The notes under the pieces: generated by a model
What the model was told of the DNA's origin: nothing
Database searches by the model: none
Seen by the model: only the letters and a program-made list of their open reading frames with translations
Assembly: GCA_016124845.1 (NCBI GenBank)
Contig: WGMW01000003.1
Span: 27,824-91,823 of the forward strand
Length of the DNA: 64,000 bases
Source: Flavobacteriales bacterium
GTDB lineage: Bacteria; Bacteroidota; Bacteroidia; UBA10329
Direction of reading: 5' to 3'
Translations under genes and position numbers: made by a program
Shown here: piece after piece, positions 17,816 through 27,305 of the stretch
Position numbering within the stretch: position 1 is the stretch's first letter
Layout: every line of letters starts with the position of its first letter

Positions 17816-18223
17816 TTACGCAGCACTCTTATTCTCCATCAGATCATAGGGACGATTGAATGCCTCCTGCGCCATTTTAAAATGCCCGGCCAGTTTGCGG
17901 ATGCTCTCTTTTGAAAGTCCTTTCTGATAGTTCAGAATTTTGGAGATTGTTCCTTTGGAGAGTTCGAGAATATCAACAAGGTCTTTTGCCTTCAGTCCGT
18001 TTTCATGCATCAGCGCGGTAAGCAGTTCAATCGGGTCTTTCTCCTTGAATGAAGCATGTTCGGCATCCCACGTTCCGATCAGAAGCGTGAGCAGTTCAAT
18101 CTCATCCTGCACATCGGCATTCTGGCTGAAAACCAGTTCTTCCAACGTGTTGCAGTAATCGTTGTATTGCTTTTTGGTTTTGATAACGCTGTATTTCAAC
18201 TCTGCCATGGCTCTGAATTTCAT
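17816..18223 (-). CDS. higA: HigA-type antitoxin with a C-terminal XRE HTH.
   Basis: AKDLVDILELSKGTISKILNYQKGLS is the HTH. It overlaps the upstream toxin by 4 bp. Confidence 0.65.
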   Translation of the reverse strand: MKFRAMAELKYSVIKTKKQYNDYCNTLEELVFSQNADVQDEIELLTLLIGTWDAEHASFKEKDPIELLTALMHENGLKAKDLVDILELSKGTISKILNYQKGLSKESIRKLAGHFKMAQEAFNRPYDLMENKSAA

Positions 18224-18555
18224 TTGTACATATCCACCGAATATTGTTCACCCTTCTTGCAAAGCTTGTCGTATTCGGCATGTGTTCCCATCCATTTTAC
18301 AAAGAGATGCGCCTGGTGTTTCCCAAACATGTAAGCGCAGATCAACCTGTATTTGTTGCCGCCAATATTGAAAACCACTCGATTGGAGCCATTTCCAAGA
18401 ATGTCGGCCGTGTTGAAGGTCGCCACCATGTCAGCAGGTTCGTTCCAGTCGGCCTGACCGAGGATGGACAGCCACGTCTCAAATCCCGTTCTGCTTTGCG
18501 CGTTCTTTCCAATGAAGTCGAGAATGCTTTGCTTTTTGATCAGGTGAACTTTCAT
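18220..18555 (-). CDS. higB: HigB-type mRNA-interferase toxin.
   Basis: 111 aa. MKVHLIKKQSILDF...NRVVFNIGGNKYRLICAY...HLFVKWMGTHAEYDK is typical of the HigB toxin family. The toxin-first order matches HigBA. Confidence 0.65.
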   Translation of the reverse strand: MKVHLIKKQSILDFIGKNAQSRTGFETWLSILGQADWNEPADMVATFNTADILGNGSNRVVFNIGGNKYRLICAYMFGKHQAHLFVKWMGTHAEYDKLCKKGEQYSVDMYK

Positions 18556-18626
18556 TCAACACACTTACAAAGGTAATAAAGTTTCACTAAAGGAAACTTT
18601 TTGGAATTGAATTTTGGGTATTGCCA

Positions 18627-18709
18627 AGATGCTGAAATAAATTCAGCATGACGGCCGAGGTTTGCTGCAACCTTACAAATTCTGTCACCCTGAACTTGTT
18701 TCAGGGTCT
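18627..18709. repeat. Two-hairpin element. It overlaps the stop codon of the large fusion gene.
   Basis: AGATGCTGAAATAAATTCAGCATGACGG at 18627-18654 and GTCACCCTGAACTTGTTTCAGGGTCT at 18683-18709. Confidence 0.7.
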
Positions 18710-21700
18710 ACGCCTCAAAACGAAAGTAACATTCGAGCTTGCCTTGTTCTCCAAGCGTTCTACGCTCAGGTTGAACTGCTCGGCAAAGGAGAGAATGCGC
18801 GCTTCGGGTAGGAATTCCAGTTCGTGTTCGGTCTTGTTGAAACCGAAGAGTTTGGTGCTGAAAACCTCCGTCATTTTGGTCACGCCATGTTTCTGCTGCT
18901 CATCCTCAATACCATCGCGGATGATGATGATACCGCCATCGTTCAGCTTTTCGCCACAGCGTTGCAGCAGCGCTTCCTGTTCGGCCGCAGGGAAATAATG
19001 CAGCACATCTTTAATGATGATACAGTCGGCCGCTTCGGGCGTGAACTGCGTCAGATCCGCCTGCGCAAATGAGATGTTGCCACCGCTGTAATGCGTGTTG
19101 GCCGCCACTTGGATCTTCTCCTCATCGTAATCCAACCCGATCACCTGCCTATCGAACGACTGCATTGCAAGCAGATGCGAGAGATAACCGTATCCGCAAC
19201 CCAGATCGTAGGCTTTTCCTTCTCGCGGCACACGCGAAACAATTTCCTCAAAATTCTTTTCGAGCATCATTTTGATGCGCACGTACCATTCCAGCACAGG
19301 ACCTTTGTACGTGTACAGCCGCTGCACCTTATCCGCAAAGAAATCGGCCGTTTCCACCTCCAGACGCACTTTCTCAAACTCTGATTTGAAATGCCTTGAA
19401 ATAGCCTTGGTGCGTTCGCGGTAACCTGTTCCGTAGCTGGCATCATCGGCAGTAATGCGCGGCAGATATTTCATCGTCATCACGCTCTTCTGAACGGAGA
19501 AATCGCCCTTTCGCAACGCGTGATGAATGCCGTGCAGAATAACGGGTTGAATGTCCAACTGCATCTGCTCGGCCAAGTAGAACGCCCCTTTCTTGAAACG
19601 CCCAATGCGGCCGTCCAAACTGCGCGTTCCTTCAGGAAAAATGAGAATGGAATAACCCTCATCGATCTTCTTGCGGATGTTCTCCAGATCCCACGAGGTC
19701 TCATCCTTGGCGTGGATGAATTCCGCGTAACGGATAAACGCCCCGAAAAAGGGCGAATTCCACACCCAATCGTTCGTAACGAGTAGCAATTTGTTGCTGC
19801 TGCCGATCATCACCATTAGATCCACAAATGAAGCGTGGTTCGCAATGAGAATGGCGGGTTTGTCGAGCGGGTCTTTGTCGATCCAACGCTCCTTCACGTG
19901 CCACATCGTCTTGTAATCCGTCCAGATAAACCAGCTGATAAGCGACAACATCCAATGCTTCTTTTTCTGCGATTTGATGGGCAGCGGAAGCAGCGCGATG
20001 AGGATGACAGTGAGGATGATGCAGCCGATGAAGAACCAGCCGAATGCCAGCGCTGCGCGGAAGAAATCGCGGAGTTCGAGCGGGGAGAAGCCGCGTTTTT
20101 TGCGACTGTCGATGAGGATGTCGTAAAGCAGCGGTTGCAGTGTGAGCGATGCGATGACCACGCAGACCATTCCTGTGACCGAAAGCACCGCGATGGAATG
20201 CAACGCGGGATGCTGCGAGACGATGAGTACACCCGTTCCGATGATGGTGGTAATGGCCGAAAGGATGATGGAGCTGCGGTACGAACGCAGCTTGTCGATA
20301 CCGTATTTGTAGCGGCTCAGGATGCCGTCAGAAACGAAGATGGAATAGTCATCGCCCAGCCCGAAAATGAACGTGGTAACCACCACATTGATCATGTTGA
20401 ATTTGATGTGGAACAGGCCGCAAATGCCGAGGATCCAAACCCAACTGACGGCCATTGGTAGGAAGGTTACGAGCGCCAATTCCAAGCGGCCATAGGTGAG
20501 GAGGAGCACCACGAAAACCAGCCCCGATGTGATGAGCAGCATGAGGTTAAGGTCCTCGCTGACCGTATCCACCAAATTCTGAGCGAGCGAACTACGCGCA
20601 ACGGTTTCCAGTCCTTCCAATTGTTCGGTTTTCTCTGTGAATTCCGCTCGTTTGGCTTTCGGAAGATTGACCGTAGAAACCACATTGTAGCCGTCATCGC
20701 CTTTAAAAATGAACTCGCTGTAGATCGGGTCGTTCAGCAGGAAATCGCGGTAGAATTGCTCATCAGCGACTTCGTAGGTTCGAAACAGGTCTTGATAAAC
20801 AGATAGGAATTGAGGCTGAAAGCCGAGTTCTGTTCCTTGCTCAGAAAGATTGAATTCAATTTCCTCATCTAATTCCGAAACGTATTTGTTCCACGTTTCA
20901 ACGCTTGCTTGGATTTGACTTGGAGTGAGAACAACATCAGTCAGAACCGTAGAGCGGATGGAAGTGTCTTTCAAAGCATTTTGAACTCCAGCACTTTTAG
21001 CAACGGCACTTCCAAGGTTTTCATCAGCAGAAAGCACAAATAGACTTTCGCGGTTGCTGTCTCCGACAATAATGTCCTGAGCGCGCTGAAGATGCTCTGG
21101 GAAGTAGTTGATCTTGTTCAGGTCATTCTCAAATTCGACCTCATCCGCGAAATTCCAAAGGAAGACCGTAGCTCCGATAAGACTGAAAAACAGCAACGCT
21201 TTCCACTTGAAAGCCATGGGTTGCTTTTCCTTCGGTTCGGCCATCGGTTTGAACTTGGCTAACGTGGCAAGATGTGGCAGTCCGAGCAATGCGAAGAAGG
21301 CTGTTCCGATAAGGCTCAAACCTGCAAATGTTCCAAAATCGGCAAGCACTTCGGAATGCAGGAAGTTTAGGCAGAAGAAGGCTGCAACAGTTGTGGCGCA
21401 ACCCAGCAACATGGGCGAACTCACGTCTTTCAGCGTTTCCGAAATGGATCCCGTTTCGCGGTAATGATTGAAGAAGTGGAAGCTGTAATCGATGGCAATT
21501 CCCAGCACAATCGTACCCACTGCAACCGCAATGGCCGAAATAGAACCTTGCCAGAGCGTGATCATCGCCAAGGCGAAAACCAATCCGAAAATGGCAGGGA
21601 TGAAGAATAGAATCGGTAAAAAGAGTTTGCGGAAATAGCCAATGAGCAGCAACAGAATGATCACACCCGCCAGAATACCCACCAGGTTCGTATCCTTCTT

Positions 21701-22492
21701 AATACGTGTGGCATTCCCAACGGCAATCACAGGCCCACCAAAGAGCAGGATTTCCTCTTCGCTCAATTCAGCAGAAACCGTATCAACCGCAGCTTGCAAG
21801 CCTTCCACCAATCTTGTGTTTTCGATGGTTTCCGAAGGTGGATGCGTGGGCTTCACGATCATCAGCAGATACTCGCCATCGGCCGTAAATGTGTAGCCAT
21901 CCACAATTTTGAACGTGCTGCCTTCTTCGAGTTTGCTCAATCGTTTCAGAATGGGCGAACCGAGCTGCAGTGGGTCTTTCATTAGGAACTTCTTGGTTCC
22001 CAAGCTTTCATAGCTGCGAAGACGGTTCAGGGTGGAAGTGAGGCGTGTTTCGATGCCATCTCCCGAAAGGTCTTTGAAAAGCGTATCGATCTCATCCGCG
22101 GTCAGAAAATACGGCAGATCACGTAGGTAATTCCCGTAAGCCTGTTCCAACTTCGCGGCATCCGAACTGAACTGAATGTCCTTGAACAATCCTGTGTCCA
22201 ACTGGTTGAATTGCTCCAAAAGGTTCTCACCGATGGAAACAAGTTCATCACTTGACGATTTCGACAACGGCCCGATCGCTACAACAATGTTTCCAGATAT
22301 AGACGAATTGCGGTATAGATTGTCGTACTTCTTGAACTCCTCAGTCCTCGGAAACGTTTTGGTAATGTCTTCCTCAATGTGGAGCTGGCTCGCTTTCCAG
22401 CCCATCATGACGAAAATCACGGCAAACCCAAACAGCCATAACCATTTGAATTTTAGCGTTTTAAGATAAATAGACTGAAGTATCCGACCCAT
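18701..22492 (-). CDS. Tri-domain fusion: an MMPL/RND-type exporter, a lysophospholipid acyltransferase (PlsC-like) and a SAM-dependent methyltransferase. This architecture is a hallmark of flexirubin/aryl-polyene clusters.
   Basis: About 12 transmembrane segments of MMPL type. NHASFVDLMVMI is the HxxxxD acyltransferase motif and FPEGTRS the second motif. The methyltransferase motif I is LGCGYGYLSHLL. The likely start is MGRILQSIYL at 22492. The track extends to 22633. Confidence 0.7.
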   Translation of the reverse strand: MGRILQSIYLKTLKFKWLWLFGFAVIFVMMGWKASQLHIEEDITKTFPRTEEFKKYDNLYRNSSISGNIVVAIGPLSKSSSDELVSIGENLLEQFNQLDTGLFKDIQFSSDAAKLEQAYGNYLRDLPYFLTADEIDTLFKDLSGDGIETRLTSTLNRLRSYESLGTKKFLMKDPLQLGSPILKRLSKLEEGSTFKIVDGYTFTADGEYLLMIVKPTHPPSETIENTRLVEGLQAAVDTVSAELSEEEILLFGGPVIAVGNATRIKKDTNLVGILAGVIILLLLIGYFRKLFLPILFFIPAIFGLVFALAMITLWQGSISAIAVAVGTIVLGIAIDYSFHFFNHYRETGSISETLKDVSSPMLLGCATTVAAFFCLNFLHSEVLADFGTFAGLSLIGTAFFALLGLPHLATLAKFKPMAEPKEKQPMAFKWKALLFFSLIGATVFLWNFADEVEFENDLNKINYFPEHLQRAQDIIVGDSNRESLFVLSADENLGSAVAKSAGVQNALKDTSIRSTVLTDVVLTPSQIQASVETWNKYVSELDEEIEFNLSEQGTELGFQPQFLSVYQDLFRTYEVADEQFYRDFLLNDPIYSEFIFKGDDGYNVVSTVNLPKAKRAEFTEKTEQLEGLETVARSSLAQNLVDTVSEDLNLMLLITSGLVFVVLLLTYGRLELALVTFLPMAVSWVWILGICGLFHIKFNMINVVVTTFIFGLGDDYSIFVSDGILSRYKYGIDKLRSYRSSIILSAITTIIGTGVLIVSQHPALHSIAVLSVTGMVCVVIASLTLQPLLYDILIDSRKKRGFSPLELRDFFRAALAFGWFFIGCIILTVILIALLPLPIKSQKKKHWMLSLISWFIWTDYKTMWHVKERWIDKDPLDKPAILIANHASFVDLMVMIGSSNKLLLVTNDWVWNSPFFGAFIRYAEFIHAKDETSWDLENIRKKIDEGYSILIFPEGTRSLDGRIGRFKKGAFYLAEQMQLDIQPVILHGIHHALRKGDFSVQKSVMTMKYLPRITADDASYGTGYRERTKAISRHFKSEFEKVRLEVETADFFADKVQRLYTYKGPVLEWYVRIKMMLEKNFEEIVSRVPREGKAYDLGCGYGYLSHLLAMQSFDRQVIGLDYDEEKIQVAANTHYSGGNISFAQADLTQFTPEAADCIIIKDVLHYFPAAEQEALLQRCGEKLNDGGIIIIRDGIEDEQQKHGVTKMTEVFSTKLFGFNKTEHELEFLPEARILSFAEQFNLSVERLENKASSNVTFVLRRRP

Positions 22493-22642
22493 CAGAAAAG
22501 ATTGGCAGTCAATGATAGGGAACAAAATTGATTTAACGTTAAATTTGCGCCCCCTGAGAACGGGCTCACCCAAAACTCGCACGTCATAGGACCAACACTT
22601 ACACTCGATCAGTTTTTCCGCGTTGTTGTACAAGGAGAAAAA

Positions 22643-24127
22643 GTGCGATTGTCAGCGCAGCAGCGAGCCGTTGTTGACGAGAGTTTTCAGTTCCTGACCG
22701 AGTTCTCCAAAGACAAGATCATTTACGGCATCAACACGGGTTTCGGCCCAATGGCGCAATACCGCATTGAGAATGAGGAGTTGGAGCAATTGCAGTACAA
22801 CTTGGTGCGCAGCCATTCTTCAGGTCTTGGAGCAGGATTGCCAGATCAGTACGTGCGTGCCGTAATGCTGAACCGACTGAACACTCTTGCGCTGGGTGGT
22901 TCGGGCATTAGCGAAGGTGTCATCGATCAGTTGGTGGCATATCTCGACAAAGGCATTTACCCGTACATCCCTGAGCACGGAAGTGTAGGGGCGAGTGGCG
23001 ACCTGGTGCAATTGGCGCACTTGGCGTTGGGATTGATCGGAGAAGGAGAGGCCAGCTACAAAGGCGAGGTTCGACCTGTGGCCGACATCCTCAAGGAATT
23101 GAAAATGGAACCTTTGATGTTGCAGCTGCGCGATGGATTGGGATTGATGAACGGAACTTCGTGCATGAGCGGCATCGGGTTACTGAATGTCATCTATGCC
23201 AAGCGATTGCTGCGTTGGGCAACATTGATCGGAGCCGTGATCAACGAGGTGGTCCGTTCGTATGACGATAGTTATTCGGAGTTCCTGAACCGTGCGAAGA
23301 AGCACGAAGGTCAGCAGCGAGTGGCGGCCGCTATGCGCAGATGTTTGGAAACGAGCCAGTTGGTGCGCAAGCGCGAAGACCGACTGTTCAAGGATATTCA
23401 CAAGGTGGGCAACGGCAAGCCGATCAAGGAAAAGGTGCAGGAATACTATTCGTTCCGTTGCATTCCGCAGATCATTGGGCCCATTTTGGAGACCGTTCAG
23501 AACGCAGAGGAAATTCTGTTGGATGAGGTCAACTCAACCAACGACAACCCTGTTGTTGACCTCGAAAACAAGCACGTGTATCACGGTGGCAACTTCCACG
23601 GAGATTATGTGGCATTGGAGATGGACAAGATGAAAATTGCCATTACCAAGTTGAGCATGTTGTGCGAGAGGCAGTTGAATTACCTCGTTAACGAGAAGCT
23701 GAACGACATCTTCCCACCGTTCATGAACTTGGGGAAACTCGGTTACAATTTCGGGGTGCAGGGAATGCAGTTCACGGCCACATCAACCACGGCTGAAAAC
23801 CAGACGCTTTCCTTCCCGATGTACGTGCATTCCATTCCGAACAACAACGATAATCAGGACATCGTGAGCATGGGAACCAACGCTGCGTTGATGACCAAAA
23901 AGGTGATCGACAATTCGTTCCAGGTCATGGCCATTGAAGCCGTTGCCATTGCGCAAGGTGTCGATAGTCTAGGCGTCAAGTCGAAGATGTCAGTAGCTGG
24001 GCAGAAGTTCTACGATACGGTGCGCAAGCATTTGGCAACCTTCGAAGATGACAAGCCGCGTTCAGCACAGTTGGCAGAACTGGCCAATTACCTGCATGAG
24101 AATGATCCACCGATTGAGATTTTTTGA
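22643..24127 (+). CDS. Aromatic amino acid ammonia-lyase (HAL/TAL family), probably a tyrosine ammonia-lyase supplying the pigment starter unit.
   Basis: GSVGASGDLV contains the ASG triad that forms the MIO cofactor. It is divergently oriented to the exporter fusion. Confidence 0.75.
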   Translation: MRLSAQQRAVVDESFQFLTEFSKDKIIYGINTGFGPMAQYRIENEELEQLQYNLVRSHSSGLGAGLPDQYVRAVMLNRLNTLALGGSGISEGVIDQLVAYLDKGIYPYIPEHGSVGASGDLVQLAHLALGLIGEGEASYKGEVRPVADILKELKMEPLMLQLRDGLGLMNGTSCMSGIGLLNVIYAKRLLRWATLIGAVINEVVRSYDDSYSEFLNRAKKHEGQQRVAAAMRRCLETSQLVRKREDRLFKDIHKVGNGKPIKEKVQEYYSFRCIPQIIGPILETVQNAEEILLDEVNSTNDNPVVDLENKHVYHGGNFHGDYVALEMDKMKIAITKLSMLCERQLNYLVNEKLNDIFPPFMNLGKLGYNFGVQGMQFTATSTTAENQTLSFPMYVHSIPNNNDNQDIVSMGTNAALMTKKVIDNSFQVMAIEAVAIAQGVDSLGVKSKMSVAGQKFYDTVRKHLATFEDDKPRSAQLAELANYLHENDPPIEIF

Positions 24128-24182
24128 GGTTGATTGAGTTGACAAAGAGATAAGTTGACAAGAGATAGAGTTTACATGTTAA

Positions 24183-24254
24183 TGCCACAGATGCTTAGAT
24201 TTTCACAGATTTCTCAGATGAATTATTGTCTCTGTGTCTCTGTATCTCTGCGTG
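24183..24254. repeat. Palindromic family element with a degenerate right arm.
   Basis: AATGCCACAGATGCTTAGATTTTCACAGATTTCTCAG...TCTCTGTGTCTCTGTATCTCTGCGTG. Confidence 0.5.
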
Positions 24255-24270
24255 AAAAACAACAAAACTC

Positions 24271-25011
24271 ATGAGCGACCGAAGAATAGCATTGGTAACA
24301 GGTGGTTCACGTGGATTGGGACGCGCCATTTCGGTGCGTTTGGCCAAAGACCACGGACTGCATGTGCTGGTCAATTACGCTTCTAACTCAGCTGCTGCGG
24401 ATGAAACCGTGAAGCTGATTGAAGAAGCAGGCGGCACGGCCGAAGCCATTGGTTTCAATGTGGCCGATAGAGAAGAGACAGATGCGGCTCTGACCAAATG
24501 GTTGGAAGCCAACGAAGGCGAACACATCTCCGTGATCGTGAACAACGCAGGAATTACCAAAGACGGACTTTACATGGTGATGCCTAACGAGGATTGGGAT
24601 AACGTGCTTGGCGTGTCGTTAGGTGGTTTCTACAACGTTACCCGCAAGTTGGTTGACCGCATGATCCGCAAGCGTTGGGGAAGAATTGTCAACGTGGTTT
24701 CCGTATCTGGAATGATGGGCAACGCAGGGCAGGTCAATTACTCAGCTGCAAAAGGTGGAGTAATTGCTGGAACCAAAGCATTAGCAAAAGAGATCGCGAA
24801 GCGAAACGTAACCGTAAATGCCGTTGCACCAGGTTTCATCGAAACAGATATGACAGCCGATTTCGACCAGAAAGAGATGTCAAGGATGATACCGATGGGG
24901 CGTTTCGGAAAGCCGGAAGAAGTAGCCGCAGCCGTTTCGTTCTTGGTGTCTGACGATGCATCGTACATCACAGGAAATGTGATTAATATCAATGGTGGAT
25001 TATATTGTTGA
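24271..25011 (+). CDS. fabG: 3-oxoacyl-ACP reductase (SDR, FabG-like).
   Basis: TGGSRGLGRAIS is the glycine-rich motif. NNAG and the YSAAK catalytic Tyr/Lys are present. Confidence 0.8.
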   Translation: MSDRRIALVTGGSRGLGRAISVRLAKDHGLHVLVNYASNSAAADETVKLIEEAGGTAEAIGFNVADREETDAALTKWLEANEGEHISVIVNNAGITKDGLYMVMPNEDWDNVLGVSLGGFYNVTRKLVDRMIRKRWGRIVNVVSVSGMMGNAGQVNYSAAKGGVIAGTKALAKEIAKRNVTVNAVAPGFIETDMTADFDQKEMSRMIPMGRFGKPEEVAAAVSFLVSDDASYITGNVININGGLYC

Positions 25012-25141
25012 TGAAGTTTACAGAGTTTATAAAGTTGATTAAGAGATAAGATTTGCAGAACGCGGTTCCCCCTTTACAAAGGGGGTGTCGAGAAACGAGA
25101 CGGGGGATTTAATTAGTTGAAAAAGAGTGAATACATTTTAT

Positions 25142-25520
25142 AGCCACAGAAACACAGATTTACACAGAAAGACACAGAGAACATTCTCTGTGAAAACCTC
25201 TGTGCTTTCTGCGCCTCTGTGGCTAAACGATTTTCTCGGTGCATCTCCATTTCTCAGATTTTCTCTGTGCAATAATCCTCTTTGCATCTCTGCGTCTCTG
25301 CGTGAGATAAAAAGAACAGACATGTTAAAGCCACAGAAACACAACTTGTCCCGACACTTCGGGAGATTTACACAGAATGAAAAAGGAGTTTTTTCTGTGA
25401 AAACCTCTGTGCCTTCTGCGCCTCTGTGGCTAAACGATTTTCTCGGTGCATCTCCATTTCTCAGATTTTCTCTGTGCAATAATCCTCTTCGCGCCTTTGC
25501 GCCTTTGCGAGAGGTAAATT
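25142..25520. repeat. Tandem duplication of about 2 x 190 bp of the palindromic element plus its 3' extension.
   Basis: 25142-25223 and 25331-25433 both read AGCCACAGAAACACA...TTCTGTGAAAACCTCTGTGC(C/T)TTCTGCGCCTCTGTGGCT. Each is followed by AAACGATTTTCTCGGTGCATCTCCATTTCTCAGATTTTCTCTGTGCAATAATCCTCTT. The ORFs 25127..25558 (+) and 25138..25479 (-) are translations of this repeat. Confidence 0.75.
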
Positions 25521-25554
25521 GGTCTCTGCGTGAAACAAAAAATATTTCTCAAGC

Positions 25555-26781
25555 ATGAATAACCGAGTGGTGATAACTGGTCTGGGAATTCATTCTTGCC
25601 TTGGCCAAAATGCCGAGGAAGTGACGGCTTCGCTCCGGGACGGAAAATCAGGTATCATCTTCGACCCTGTGCGCAAGGAAATGGGTTTCCGTTCTGCGCT
25701 GGTCGGTGATGTGCCCATGCCCGAATTGAAAGCAGAACTCGGTCGTAAAGACCGCAAGAACATGCCAGAGGAAGCGCTCTACGCCTTCGTTTCTACAAAA
25801 CAGGCGTTGGAAATGGCAGGCATGACCCAAGAGTTCATCGACCAGAACGAGGTCGGTATTCTCTTCGGAAACGATAGTACCGCAGGTGCGGTCATAGAAG
25901 GCGTGGATCTGCTTCGCGAGAAGAAGGACACCACACTTATCGGTTCAGGAAACATCTTCCAGAGCATGAACTGCACCGTAACCATGAACCTCAGCACCAT
26001 CTTCCGCCTCAAAGGCGTCAACTTTACGGTGAGTGCGGCATGCGCCAGCGGTTCGCATTCCATCGGTATGGGCTTCCTGCTCATTAAAATGGGATTGCAG
26101 AAACAGATCATCTGCGGAGGCGCGCAAGAGGTCAACCCGTATGCATTCGGAAGTTTCGATGGCATCGGAACCTTCTCCACCTATGAGGACACCCCAACCG
26201 AAGCCTCACGTCCTTTTGATAAGACACGCAACGGACTGGTACCAAGTGGTGGCGCAGCAACCGTCATTCTCGAAAGTTTGGAAAGCGCACAGGCACGTGG
26301 AGCCAACATCTTGGCCGAAGTGGTCGGTTACGGCTTCAGTTCCAACGGAGAGCACATCTCCAACCCCAATGAAGAAGGGCAGGTGCGCGCGCTCAAAATG
26401 GCCATGGAAATGGGCGGAGTAAAACCCGAAGAGGTCGATTACATCAACGCCCACGCCACCAGTACACCCGTTGGCGATGCGTTCGAAGCACAGGCCATCC
26501 ACAGCGTATTCGGAGACAACGGCCCATTGGTAAGCAGCACCAAAAGCATGACGGGCCACGAGTGCTGGATGGCAGGCGCCTCAGAGGTCGTCTATTCGCT
26601 ACTTATGATGCAGAACGGTTTCGTGGCACCCAACATCAACTTCTCAGAGCCAGATGAAGCCTCGGCCAAGCTCAACATCCCATCAAAAAGTGTGGATAAG
26701 GAATTGAACACGATCCTCTCAAATTCGTTTGGGTTCGGAGGAACAAACTCAACGTTGATAATTCGTAAGTTCGCGCCCTGA
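25555..26781 (+). CDS. Beta-ketoacyl-ACP synthase (KAS I/II-like).
   Basis: VSAACASGSHSIG is the active-site Cys. NAHATSTPVGD and TGHECWMAGASE carry the His/His residues. GFGGTNS is at the C-terminus. Confidence 0.8.
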   Translation: MNNRVVITGLGIHSCLGQNAEEVTASLRDGKSGIIFDPVRKEMGFRSALVGDVPMPELKAELGRKDRKNMPEEALYAFVSTKQALEMAGMTQEFIDQNEVGILFGNDSTAGAVIEGVDLLREKKDTTLIGSGNIFQSMNCTVTMNLSTIFRLKGVNFTVSAACASGSHSIGMGFLLIKMGLQKQIICGGAQEVNPYAFGSFDGIGTFSTYEDTPTEASRPFDKTRNGLVPSGGAATVILESLESAQARGANILAEVVGYGFSSNGEHISNPNEEGQVRALKMAMEMGGVKPEEVDYINAHATSTPVGDAFEAQAIHSVFGDNGPLVSSTKSMTGHECWMAGASEVVYSLLMMQNGFVAPNINFSEPDEASAKLNIPSKSVDKELNTILSNSFGFGGTNSTLIIRKFAP

Positions 26782-26783
26782 AA

Positions 26784-27026
26784 ATGGACAAGCAGCAGAT
26801 CATCGATACCGTAAATGAGTTCCTGATAGAGGAATTCGAGGCAGATGCGGCCGACCTTGTGGCCGATGCCAACATGCACGAAACACTCGACCTCGACAGT
26901 CTCGATTATGTGGACCTCGTGGTGCTTATCGATGAGAATTTCGGTTTCAAAACCACAGCCGAAGACTTCCAGACCATCAAGTCGTTTGACGACTTCTACA
27001 ACTTTATTGCCTCTAAGGTGAGTTGA
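26784..27026 (+). CDS. Acyl carrier protein.
   Basis: 80 aa. LDLDSLDYVDLVVLIDE contains the phosphopantetheine attachment Ser in DSL. Confidence 0.75.
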   Translation: MDKQQIIDTVNEFLIEEFEADAADLVADANMHETLDLDSLDYVDLVVLIDENFGFKTTAEDFQTIKSFDDFYNFIASKVS

Positions 27027-27089
27027 TCAGTTGACTGGGTTGACCAGTTGATCAGTTCGGATTTCCCTGAGTTTATTGTACACGTTTGC

Positions 27090-27151
27090 TGTCACCCTGA
27101 ACTTGTTTCAAGGTCTAATTCAATAGATGCTGAAACAAGTTCAGCATGACG
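27090..27151. repeat. Two-hairpin element at the left edge of the island.
   Basis: GTCACCCTGAACTTGTTTCAAGGTCT, then AATTCAATAG, then ATGCTGAAACAAGTTCAGCATGACG. This is the reverse complement of the copy at 45585-45644. Confidence 0.75.
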
Positions 27152-27305
27152 AGCGGCATGTGCGTTTGGGTAGGCTGAGCGGAGCCGAAGTCTACAGAGG
27201 TAGGCTTGGCTGTACCCTTCGATTGCCCTCAGGGTACGGCTGCTCGCACCACGTTTTACCTTTGTTGATTTTGCGGAAGACGCGTTTGCAAAATGCTGAG
27301 TGGGG

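Noticed and set aside
25127-25558. ORFs 25127..25558 (+) and 25138..25479 (-), each over 110 aa.
   Set aside because: They are translations of the tandem-duplicated palindromic repeat. The peptide is internally repeated and has no start context.
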